Source of the DNA: Lysobacterales bacterium | GTDB lineage: Bacteria > Pseudomonadota > Gammaproteobacteria > Xanthomonadales > SZUA-5 | NCBI GenBank assembly: GCA_019187485.1 | Contig: JABAQR010000020.1 | Location: 1,223 to 65,222 of the forward strand | DNA: 64,000 nucleotides | Direction of reading: 5' to 3' | In this document: positions 1 through 7,927 of the stretch, one piece after another | Position numbering within the stretch: the stretch's first letter is position 1 | Layout of the letters: every line of letters begins with the position of its first letter | The notes under the pieces: model-generated | Database searches by the model: none | The model's input: only the letters and a program-made list of their open reading frames with translations | Told to the model about the DNA's origin: nothing | Position numbers and translations under genes: made by a program

Positions 1-560
1 TGATCGTGCTCGACCTGATGCTGCCCGGCGAGGACGGGCTGTCGCTGCTGAAACGCTGGCGCGCCGAGGGCGTGCCGACGCCGGTGATCATGCTGACCGC
101 GAAGGGCGACGAGGTCGACCGCATCGTCGGCCTCGAACTCGGCGCCGACGACTACCTGCCCAAGCCCTGCAACCCGCGCGAGCTGCTGGCGCGCATCCGC
201 GCGGTGCTGCGGCGCGCGCAGGCCACGCCGGTGCCCGCGGTGCCCGGCGTGCCCGAGCAGACCCTGCGCTTCGGTCGCTGCGAGCTCGATCCGGTGGCGC
301 GCACGCTCGCCCGCGATGGTCAGGTGCATCGGCTGACCAGCGGCGAGTTCGCGCTGCTGTCGGCGCTGGTGCGGCATCCGCGGGTGCCGCTGACGCGCGA
401 CCGCCTGATCAGCCTGGCGCGCGGCCGCGACAGCGATCCCTTCGAGCGCTCGGTGGATGTCGCGATCTCCAAGCTGCGGCGGCTGATCGAGGACGATCCG
501 AAGGCGCCGCGGCACATCCAGACGGTGTGGGGACATGGCTATGTCTTCGTCCCCGACTGA
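1..560 (+). CDS. ompR: OmpR-family response regulator, 5'-truncated by the window edge
   Basis: The frame is open to the window start. The linker PKPCNPRELLARIRAVLRR and the winged helix LTSGEFALL...IQTVWGHGYVFVPD are near-identical to E. coli OmpR as I recall it. An overlapping sensor kinase gene follows. Confidence 0.9.
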   Translation, partial: IVLDLMLPGEDGLSLLKRWRAEGVPTPVIMLTAKGDEVDRIVGLELGADDYLPKPCNPRELLARIRAVLRRAQATPVPAVPGVPEQTLRFGRCELDPVARTLARDGQVHRLTSGEFALLSALVRHPRVPLTRDRLISLARGRDSDPFERSVDVAISKLRRLIEDDPKAPRHIQTVWGHGYVFVPD

Positions 561-1797
561 GCCCGGCGAGCGCCGTGGCTGGCGCACCGTGCACCTGCTG
601 CTGGCGGCGCTGCTCGGCTTCCTCGCGGTGCTGACGACGATCGCGGTGCTGCTGCTGCAGCAGTCGGCGATGATGCCCTCGGTGCGCCAACTCGGCGCGC
701 CGCTGCTGGCGATCGTCGACCTCGTCGACGCCAGCGATGCCGGCGATCCGCACTTGCTCGTGACCGCGCTGAAACGCCGGCAGGTGGTGCGCGCGGCCGC
801 GCCGGTGGCGTCCGCGAGCCGCCTGCCGGTGCCCTTCCTGGAAGCGCTGGCCGACTGGCTGCGCGCGCAGAGCGGACGTCGGGTCGAGATCGAGCGCGCC
901 GCCGACGGCAGCATCCGCCTGTGGATCGCGAGCGCGCACGGCGACTGGCTGGGCATCCCGGTGGAGCCGCTGCGCAGCCTGGTCGCGCGCTTCGCGCTGG
1001 CGATCATGGTGCTGGCACTGCTGCTGGCCACACTCGCGGCCTGGTGGCTGGCGCGCCGGCTGGCGGCGCCGGTGGAGCGTCTGGCGGCGATCGCGGCGCG
1101 CCTGCCGGAGCCGGTGGATGCGCAGGAGTTCCGCGTCAGCGGGCCGCGCGAGATCCGCCTGCTCGGTGCGCGCCTGGCGCAGGCGCTGGGTCGCATCGAC
1201 ACCCAGCGTCGCGAGCACGATTTGCTGCTGGCCGGCTTGAGCCACGACTTGCGCACGCCGCTGATGCGGCTGCTGTTGCGCGTCGATTTGCTCGAGGACT
1301 TGCCCGAGGGCGAGCGCGAGGCGCTGCACGCCGACATTGGCGAACTCGACCGCCGCATCGACCGTTTCATCGAGCACGCCCGCACCGGGGCCGAGGAGCC
1401 GTTGGTGATCCTGGACCTCGCGGCGCTGCTGTGCGCGGCGATCACATCCAGCCGTGCGCGCGGCTACGACTGGATCCTGGAGGCGCCTCCCGCCGCGCGC
1501 GTGCGCGGTCAGCCCGGCGTGCTCGCGCGCCTGCTCGACAACCTCGTCGACAACGCCGAGCAGCACGGCGCGCCGCCCTTCGCCGCGCGCCTGGCGGCGG
1601 ACGCTGGCGACTGGCGCCTGGACCTCGTCAACGGCATGCGCGCGGCGGACGAATCCGGAGACGGCCCGGTGGCGCCGCACCGCGGCTTCGGCCTGGCCTT
1701 GTGCCGGCACATCGCGCGGTCGCACGGTGGACGCCTCGAATACAGCGTCGAAGGGCATCTGCACCGCGTGCGCCTGTGGCTCCCGGGCTTGCCGTAG
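535..1797 (+). CDS. envZ: EnvZ-like sensor histidine kinase
   Basis: 420-aa ORF with two hydrophobic segments, the H-box LSHDLRTPL, the N-box-like DNLVDNAEQHG and GFGLALCRHIARSHGG. Its start overlaps the ompR 3' end by 26 nt. Confidence 0.8.
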   Translation: MAMSSSPTEPGERRGWRTVHLLLAALLGFLAVLTTIAVLLLQQSAMMPSVRQLGAPLLAIVDLVDASDAGDPHLLVTALKRRQVVRAAAPVASASRLPVPFLEALADWLRAQSGRRVEIERAADGSIRLWIASAHGDWLGIPVEPLRSLVARFALAIMVLALLLATLAAWWLARRLAAPVERLAAIAARLPEPVDAQEFRVSGPREIRLLGARLAQALGRIDTQRREHDLLLAGLSHDLRTPLMRLLLRVDLLEDLPEGEREALHADIGELDRRIDRFIEHARTGAEEPLVILDLAALLCAAITSSRARGYDWILEAPPAARVRGQPGVLARLLDNLVDNAEQHGAPPFAARLAADAGDWRLDLVNGMRAADESGDGPVAPHRGFGLALCRHIARSHGGRLEYSVEGHLHRVRLWLPGLP

Positions 1798-1915
1798 CGG
1801 CCTCACGGGCACTGTGACCAGACGCGGCAGCGACCCCCGCACCGCGACTCTCCGTGATGGACCCGACGCCCGGCGAGGCCTAAGCTGTGCCCCTCGCAAC
1901 CACCCGGAGCAGGCC

Positions 1916-2059
1916 ATGACGCTGTGTCCCGTTGCCCTCGCGGTGGGTTGCCGCAAATGCCCGGTGTTTGCGATCTGCCCGGCGAAGTCGATCATTGGCG
2001 ACCAGCCACCGAAGGCCGAGCCCAAGGAACCGCCCGCGAAGGGCAAGTCGCGCAACTGA
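1916..2059 (+). CDS. Small Cys-rich protein (47 aa), function unknown
   Basis: ATG at 1916 with GGAG 6 nt upstream. Sequence MTLCPVALAVGCRKCPVFAICPAKSIIGD followed by a Lys/Pro-rich tail. It is embedded in a longer spurious frame (1454..2059). Confidence 0.45.
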   Translation: MTLCPVALAVGCRKCPVFAICPAKSIIGDQPPKAEPKEPPAKGKSRN

Positions 2060-2137
2060 GTTCGCGCGACGAATCGGTTAAGCCTCGGGCCGGTCGCTGC
2101 GGCTCATGATGTCCGACCGTCCCCCGAGGAGCAGCCG

Positions 2138-2980
2138 ATGAAGCCTTGGACGTGGTGTCTGCTGGCGGCGTTCGCCTGCCCCCCGCTGCACGCTTCCGAC
2201 TACTGGCAGTGCACCGATCCGGTGGCGATCGCGCGCGGACCCGAGGCGCTCGAACAGGCGCTGGGCGCCGACGCCGCGCGCTGCCGGCGCAGCAATGTGC
2301 GCGGCGTGGACACCCTGAACTGCGAACTGGCGCGTCCGCGCGTGGCCTTCGGGCTGTCCGCGCTGGAAGTCTCGGCGAGCGTGCAGGCGGGCGGCACGCG
2401 CCGACTGACCCTGGTGTTCAAGGTGGGCGAAGCGCGCGTGCGCAAGGCCGTGGAACAGGTTCTCGGCGTCGTCTTCGAGCGCGACATCGGTGGCTGGTTG
2501 GCGATCGCCGAGGACGACGTGCAGCGGCGCTTTCGCGTGCTCGAACGCGACGATGGCGCGACCCAGTTCGCCTGCGAGGTTCCGGGTGAGGCCGCCGCGG
2601 TGCTGAACGCGGCGATCATCGGCCGGCTGACCTACGAAGGCGCGGGGCGTGTGTCCACGCGGGTGTGCGCCATCCCGGTCGACGAGTCCTTGCCGCTGCG
2701 CTGCGTCGAACTGCCGCCGCGGATACGCCGCTTCCGCATCGACGATCTCGCCGGCGCCGACTACTACCTGGCCGCCTATCCGCTCGAAGACAACCCGGAG
2801 GGCGTGATCGCCGCCTACGGCCGCACGCTGCGCGACTGCAGCGCGGCGCCGGCCGGCTGTGTCGCCGCGCTGCTGGTGCCGCTCAAACTCAGCGCCGGGA
2901 TGAGCCTAGACGATGTGCACATCGGACAGCGCTTCGCCGCAGTGCCGGCGCGGGTGGCGAGGGTGCGCGAGGGGCGGTAG
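2138..2980 (+). CDS. Secreted hypothetical protein
   Basis: 280-aa ORF with GAGGAG upstream and a signal peptide MKPWTWCLLAAFACPPLHA/SD. I recognise no domain. Confidence 0.6.
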   Translation: MKPWTWCLLAAFACPPLHASDYWQCTDPVAIARGPEALEQALGADAARCRRSNVRGVDTLNCELARPRVAFGLSALEVSASVQAGGTRRLTLVFKVGEARVRKAVEQVLGVVFERDIGGWLAIAEDDVQRRFRVLERDDGATQFACEVPGEAAAVLNAAIIGRLTYEGAGRVSTRVCAIPVDESLPLRCVELPPRIRRFRIDDLAGADYYLAAYPLEDNPEGVIAAYGRTLRDCSAAPAGCVAALLVPLKLSAGMSLDDVHIGQRFAAVPARVARVREGR

Positions 2981-2983
2981 TCC

Positions 2984-3003
2984 GGCTGTTTCATGAAACC
3001 GCC
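2984..3003. terminator. Hairpin between convergent genes (possible bidirectional terminator)
   Basis: GGCTGTTTC-AT-GAAACCGCC pairs at 8 of 9 positions around the GTTTCATGAAAC palindrome. It lies between the stops at 2980 (+) and 3045 (-). There is no clear U-tract. Confidence 0.3.
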
Positions 3004-3044
3004 GGGGCGGGGCCCGTGCGCGCGGATTCGCCTGCGGCCCACCG

Positions 3045-3602
3045 TCAGCCCTCTTCGGCAAGCTCGCCATCGGTTGCGTCGGATGACGCTGCCCCCGCGC
3101 CGCGTACCAATGCCTTGATCACCTGGAACAGGGCGCGTTGCGCCGTGGGAACGCGGTTCTCGCGACGCTCGGCCAGCGCCTGCCGCTGCAATTGGCGCAG
3201 GCGATGACGCTCGGCCTGCGGAAAGTCGCCGAGGAATTCGCCCAGGGCCGCGTCGCCGTCCTCGATCAGGCGTTCGCGCCAGCGCTCGATCCGATGCAGT
3301 TGCGCGGTTTCGCGACGACGTACTTCGAGTGGCTTGTCGACCGCCAGCCGGATCGGCTCCAGGTCCTCGACCTTGCGCATCAGCTTGGCCAGAAAGTGCA
3401 CCTGGCGCTTGTGCGCGATGTGCGAGCGGATCTTCTGCGCAAGGTGCACGGCGTCGAGCACATGCTCCTCGAGCGGCACCTGGGCGAGTTGCGAGGGCGT
3501 CAGCGCCACCAGCCGTTCGGCGAGCGCGAGCACATCCAGCGCTTCGCGGCGGACCTGGCTGCGGCTGGGGGGCTGGTCGGCGCGGTCGGCTTCGTCGTGC
3601 AT
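3045..3602 (-). CDS. yjgA: YjgA/DarP-family ribosome-associated protein (DUF615)
   Basis: SRSQVRREALDVLALAERLVALTPSQLAQVPL...SHIAHKRQVHFLAKLMR...IERWRERLIEDGD matches the YjgA family pattern. I chose the internal ATG at 3602 by comparison with recalled Xanthomonas and E. coli N-termini. The ORF extends to 3743. Confidence 0.8.
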   Translation of the reverse strand: MHDEADRADQPPSRSQVRREALDVLALAERLVALTPSQLAQVPLEEHVLDAVHLAQKIRSHIAHKRQVHFLAKLMRKVEDLEPIRLAVDKPLEVRRRETAQLHRIERWRERLIEDGDAALGEFLGDFPQAERHRLRQLQRQALAERRENRVPTAQRALFQVIKALVRGAGAASSDATDGELAEEG

Positions 3603-3730
3603 GGACGCGAAGGCTAACAGGAGCCGCCGGCGTGGGGACTTCATGCGTGGCGATGCGACGATCCCGATGCAGACGGGCACGACAGCTTCTGCGCGACCAG
3701 TCAAGTGTCCTTGGCGATACGTCAAGGTTA

Positions 3731-3759
3731 CTTGACATGACAAGGATCCTTGACTAGTC
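3731..3759 (+). promoter_or_regulatory. Candidate sigma70 promoter with operator-like palindromes
   Basis: TTGACA (3731-3736), a 17-nt spacer and TAGTCT (3754-3759), 28 nt before the 3787 start. The spacer contains the perfect 12-bp palindrome CAAGGATCCTTG (3741-3752). Immediately upstream is GTCAAG-gtta-CTTGAC (3721-3736). Confidence 0.4.
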
Positions 3760-3786
3760 TGCGGCCATCGTCACCCGGAGACCGCC

Positions 3787-4182
3787 GTGATGGCCGTGGA
3801 CCGCCGCGCCGCCCGCCGCCGCTACCGCACCCGTTTCATCGCGTCGATGTCGGTGTACGCGGTGCTGGTCGTGCTGTTGCTGCCGCTGGTCAAGCGCATC
3901 GAGCCGATGTGGGCCAAGGTCGTGCTCGCCCTGGTGCCGCTGGTGCCGATCGTGGTCGCCATCAGCGAGATGCTGCGCTTCGTCGCGAGCCTCGACGAAC
4001 TCGAGCGCCGCGTGCAGTTCGAGGCCGTCAGCGCGGCCTTGATCCTGACCTGCCTGGTCACCTTTGCCTGGGGACTGCTCGAGATCGCCGGCCTGCCGCA
4101 ATTGCGGGTGGTGATGGTGTTGCCGTTGTTCTGCCTGATCTACGGCCTTGCGGTATGGGCAGCCACCCGGAAGTACGCGTGA
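3787..4182 (+). CDS. Small integral membrane protein (about 4 TM segments)
   Basis: 131-aa ORF with GGAG 6 nt upstream of GTG 3787 (ATG at 3790). Four hydrophobic stretches. The first gene of a tightly packed operon. Confidence 0.65.
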   Translation: MMAVDRRAARRRYRTRFIASMSVYAVLVVLLLPLVKRIEPMWAKVVLALVPLVPIVVAISEMLRFVASLDELERRVQFEAVSAALILTCLVTFAWGLLEIAGLPQLRVVMVLPLFCLIYGLAVWAATRKYA

Positions 4183-4210
4183 TCGACGCCGCCTTCACCG
4201 GAGCGAGGGC

Positions 4211-4414
4211 ATGAACAACCGCCTGCGCGTGCTGCGCGCCGAGCGCAACTGGTCGCAGGCCGAACTCGCGGATGCGCTGGGCGTTTCCCGGCAGACGATC
4301 AACGCCATCGAGACCGGCAAGTACGACCCGAGCCTGCCGCTCGCCTTCAAGCTCGCGCAACTGTTCGCGACGAGCATCGAATCCATCTTCATGCCCGACG
4401 AGGACCCCGCATGA
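4211..4414 (+). CDS. XRE-family helix-turn-helix transcriptional regulator (67 aa)
   Basis: NNRLRVLRAERNWSQAELADALGVSRQTINAIETGKYDPSLPLAFKLAQLF is a canonical Cro/C1-type HTH. GAGG lies upstream of ATG 4211. The stop overlaps the next start (ATGA). Confidence 0.85.
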   Translation: MNNRLRVLRAERNWSQAELADALGVSRQTINAIETGKYDPSLPLAFKLAQLFATSIESIFMPDEDPA

Positions 4415-5886
4415 GAGGCTTGAGAACGACCCTGGCCCTGCTGGCCGGGCTGGCGACGATGCCCGGCGTGCACGCGCGCCAGCTCGGCCAGCTGAACTTC
4501 GAGAAATGCGAGTTGCCGGTGGTCGGCATCCGCCCGAGCAATCCGGTGAACGCCGAGTGCACCACGCTCAAGGTGCCGGAAAACCGCAGCGAGAGCGGCG
4601 GGCGCGAGATCGAGCTCGCGATCGCCCTGGTGCCTGCGCGCGCACCGCGGCCGCTGCCGGATCCGGTGTTCATCCTCGCCGGCGGACCGGGGCAATCCGC
4701 GCGCGAAGTCTGGCGCGGCATGGCCGGCGGCTTCCGCGAGGTGCTGTCCGAGCGCCACGTGATCCTGCTCGACCAGCGCGGCACCGGCGCCTCCAACCGC
4801 TTCGACTGCCCGGCGCCGAAGGATCTCGATCCACTCGCGATCGAGATCGAGCCTGCGCTCGCCGCGCAAGGTGCCCGCGATTGCCTGGACGCGAACAAGG
4901 ACAGCCACGACGCCCGCTGGTACGGCACCGAGGACGCGGCCCAGGATCTGGATGCCGTGCGCGCCGCGATCGGGGCGGAAAAGATCAACCTGGTGGGCGT
5001 CTCCTACGGCACCCGCATGGGCCAGATCTACGCCAAGCGCTACCCGCAGCAGGTGCGCAGCATCGTCCTCGACAGCGTGGTTCCGAACGAGCTGTATCTC
5101 GGCACCGAGCACGCGATCAACCTGGAGGCGACCCTCAAGGCCCAACTCGGCCGTTGCCGCGACGACGCCGAGTGCGGCGAGCGCTTCGGCGATCCCTACG
5201 CCACCCTGCAGGCGCTCGCCGCGCAACTGCGTGCGCAGCCGCGCATGATCGCGGCGCGCGACCCACGCTCCGGCGAATCCGGCGAGCGCGCGCTGACGGT
5301 GGCCACCCTGAACACGGTGGCCCGCATGTACATGTACGGCGGCGAGACCGCGGCGCTGCTGCCCTTGACCCTCGCGGAAGCGCAGGCAGGCCGCTTCGAG
5401 CCGCTGCTCGCGCAGGCGAGCATGATGTCCGACGACCTCGGCAGCCAGATCGCCAGCGGCATGCACTGGAGCGTGCTGTGCGCCGAAGACGCCGCCGGCT
5501 ACGCGCCGCGCCCGCAGGACGAGGGCACGCTGTTCGGCCAGGACTTCATCGATGCGGTCACCGGCTGGTGCGCGCAGTGGCCGCGACGCAGCGTGCCGGA
5601 GGATTTCCACGCGCCGATCGCCGGCGACTGGCCGGTGCTGCTGGTTTCCGGCGAGTTCGATCCAGTCACCCCGCCGCGCTACGGCGACCAGGTGGTCAGG
5701 AACCTGCCGAACGGCCGCCACCTGATCGTCCCTGGCCAGGGCCACAGCGTGCTCGGCCGCGGCTGCGGCCCGAAGCTGCTCGCCCAGTTCATCGCCAAGG
5801 CGGATGCCAAGGCGCTGGATACGGACTGTCTGAAACAGCTGACGCCCGCCCCCTTCTTCCTGAACTTCTCCGGGAGCGCGCCGTGA
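4411..5886 (+). CDS. Secreted alpha/beta hydrolase, TAP-like (S33 tripeptidyl-aminopeptidase type)
   Basis: Signal peptide, oxyanion region FILAGGPGQS, nucleophile elbow GVSYGT, and a TAP C-terminal-like PVLLVSGEFDPVTPP...GQGHS. Confidence 0.8.
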   Translation: MRGLRTTLALLAGLATMPGVHARQLGQLNFEKCELPVVGIRPSNPVNAECTTLKVPENRSESGGREIELAIALVPARAPRPLPDPVFILAGGPGQSAREVWRGMAGGFREVLSERHVILLDQRGTGASNRFDCPAPKDLDPLAIEIEPALAAQGARDCLDANKDSHDARWYGTEDAAQDLDAVRAAIGAEKINLVGVSYGTRMGQIYAKRYPQQVRSIVLDSVVPNELYLGTEHAINLEATLKAQLGRCRDDAECGERFGDPYATLQALAAQLRAQPRMIAARDPRSGESGERALTVATLNTVARMYMYGGETAALLPLTLAEAQAGRFEPLLAQASMMSDDLGSQIASGMHWSVLCAEDAAGYAPRPQDEGTLFGQDFIDAVTGWCAQWPRRSVPEDFHAPIAGDWPVLLVSGEFDPVTPPRYGDQVVRNLPNGRHLIVPGQGHSVLGRGCGPKLLAQFIAKADAKALDTDCLKQLTPAPFFLNFSGSAP

Positions 5887-6617
5887 TCGAGATCAACGAT
5901 TTGCGCAAGACCTTCGGCGCGGTGAAGGCCGTCGATGGCGTCAGCTTCAGCGCCCGCGACGGCGAGATCACCGGCCTGCTGGGGCCGAACGGCGCCGGCA
6001 AGACCACCACGCTGCGCATGCTGTACACGCTGATGCGCCCGGAGACCGGCAGCATCCGCGTCGATGGCACCGACATCAGCGTCGACCCGGACGGCGCGCG
6101 CCGCAAGCTTGGCGTGCTCCCGGATGCGCGCGGCCTGTACAAGCGCCTGACCGCGCGCGAGAACATCGAGTATTTCGGGCGCTTGCACGGGCTCGACGAG
6201 GCCACCCTGAAGGCGCGCACCGACGCGCTGATCGGCGCGCTCGACATCGGCGACATCGCGGGCCGGCGCACCGAGGGCTTCTCGAACGGTCAGCGGGTCA
6301 AGACCGCGATCGCGCGCGCGCTGGTCCACGACCCGCGCAATGTGCTGCTCGACGAGCCCACCAACGGACTCGACGTGATGGCCACGCGCGCCTTGCGCAA
6401 GTTCATGCAGAAGCTGCGCGAGGAAGGCCGCTGCGTGCTGTTCAGCAGCCACATCATGCAGGAGGTGGCGGCGCTCTGCGATCGCATCGTGGTGATCGCC
6501 AAGGGCCGCGTGGTCGCGCAGGGCGCGGCCGAAGAGCTGCGCGCGCAGACGGGAGAGGCGAACCTCGAGGACGCCTTCGTCAAGGTCATCGGTTCCGAAG
6601 AAGGACTCTCGCTGTGA
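5883..6617 (+). CDS. ABC transporter ATP-binding protein (NatA-like, ABC-2 type)
   Basis: GTG 5883 overlaps the previous stop. Walker A GPNGAGKTT, signature FSNGQRVK, Walker B VLLDEPTNGLD. Confidence 0.9.
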   Translation: MIEINDLRKTFGAVKAVDGVSFSARDGEITGLLGPNGAGKTTTLRMLYTLMRPETGSIRVDGTDISVDPDGARRKLGVLPDARGLYKRLTARENIEYFGRLHGLDEATLKARTDALIGALDIGDIAGRRTEGFSNGQRVKTAIARALVHDPRNVLLDEPTNGLDVMATRALRKFMQKLREEGRCVLFSSHIMQEVAALCDRIVVIAKGRVVAQGAAEELRAQTGEANLEDAFVKVIGSEEGLSL

Positions 6618-7789
6618 GCCCCTGGAAAATCGTGTTCTGGAAAGAGGTGCGCGAGAACTTTCGCGACCGCCGCACCATGTTCAGCACCTTCGTGCTCGGT
6701 ACCCTGATGGGCCCGGTGCTGTTCGCCGGTTTGATCGGGTTGATGATCTCGGTCACGCTCGAACGCGCCGAGAAGCCGCTCAAGCTGCCGGTCGCCGGCG
6801 CCGCGCAGGCGCCGAACCTGATCGCCTGGCTGAAGGCGCGCGGGGTCGAGGTGGAGGAAGCCCCGGCCGATCCCGAGGCGGCGATCCGCAAGCGCGACCA
6901 CGATGTCGTGCTGCGGATCCCGGCCGAGTACGCACAGCAATGGCGCGAGGGCCGCCCGGCCACGCTGGAACTGATCGTCGATCGCTCGCAGCAGAAGGCC
7001 GAGCAGGCGGTCAGCCGTGCGGAAAGGCTCATCGCCGAGTACGTCGGAATGACCGCCTCGCAGCGCCTGCTGGTGCGCGGAATCAGCCCGGAAGTGGTGC
7101 AGCCGGTGCTGATCGCGGATGTCGACCAGTCCACCCCGCAGAGCCGCAGCGGCATGCTGCTGGCGATGCTGCCTTACTTGCTGATCCTGACCGTGTTCGC
7201 CGGCGGTAACTACCTCGCCACCGACGCCACCGCCGGCGAGCGCGAGCGCCAGTCGCTGGAGCCGCTGCTGATCAACCCGGTGTCGCGCGGTCAGATCATG
7301 GGCGGCAAGCTGATGGCCACCTTCGCCTTTGCGGTCGCTTCGCTGGCGATTTCGCTGTTCGCCTTCTCGATCACCGCGCCGATGCTGCCGGTGCAGAAGA
7401 TCGGCATGGTCATCGAGTTCGGCCCGAAGCAGTGCCTGCTGCTGTTCCTGGTGGTCGCTCCGCTCGGCCTCATCGGCGCCGGCCTGCTGACCAGCGTGTC
7501 CGCCTTCGCCAAGGGCTTCCGCGAGGCGCAGACCTACAACACCCTGCTGATCATCCTGCCGGCGATCCCGTCGATGCTGATGGCGCTGAACCCGGTCAAG
7601 CCGGCCGACTGGATGTACAGCCTGCCGCTGCTCAGCCATCAGTTGCTGATCGAACAGACCGTGCGTGGCGAATCGCTGGTGGCCTGGCAGGTTGCCGCTT
7701 CGGTGGCCGCCACCCTCGCCATCGGCGTCGTCATCGCCCTGGTCGCCGCGCGGCTGTACCACCGCGAGCACCTGGCGATTTCGGCGTAG
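6614..7789 (+). CDS. ABC-2 type transporter permease (NatB-like)
   Basis: 391-aa ORF whose start overlaps the ATPase stop. An N-terminal TM segment, a large loop, then 5 C-terminal TM segments, typical of NatB-type permeases. Confidence 0.8.
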   Translation: MSPWKIVFWKEVRENFRDRRTMFSTFVLGTLMGPVLFAGLIGLMISVTLERAEKPLKLPVAGAAQAPNLIAWLKARGVEVEEAPADPEAAIRKRDHDVVLRIPAEYAQQWREGRPATLELIVDRSQQKAEQAVSRAERLIAEYVGMTASQRLLVRGISPEVVQPVLIADVDQSTPQSRSGMLLAMLPYLLILTVFAGGNYLATDATAGERERQSLEPLLINPVSRGQIMGGKLMATFAFAVASLAISLFAFSITAPMLPVQKIGMVIEFGPKQCLLLFLVVAPLGLIGAGLLTSVSAFAKGFREAQTYNTLLIILPAIPSMLMALNPVKPADWMYSLPLLSHQLLIEQTVRGESLVAWQVAASVAATLAIGVVIALVAARLYHREHLAISA

Positions 7790-7927
7790 CGGGAGCGGGA
7801 CACGGGAAGGTGCGCGCGGGGTGGCGCAGCGGCGCACGTCCGCCGCTGGCAGCTGCCCGTGCAAGCCGGCATATTCGCGGGCATTGGCGCCCGGCCGAAG
7901 GCGCCCCGTGGCAACCGGGGGAACACC

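Noticed and set aside
4272-6617. 781-aa ORF apparently fusing upstream sequence to the ABC ATPase
   Set aside because: Only the last 244 codons (from GTG 5883) look like a protein. The upstream part is out of frame with the well-supported hydrolase gene and is Arg/Pro/Ala-rich noise.
7790-7927. Possible cobalamin riboswitch upstream of the TonB-dependent receptor (GGGAAGGTG... GCTGCCCGTGCAAGCC)
   Set aside because: Only two short resemblances to the consensus. There is no B12 box (AGCCAGGAGACCTGCC-like), the region is too short for the full fold, and the receptor (about 800 aa) does not look BtuB-like.
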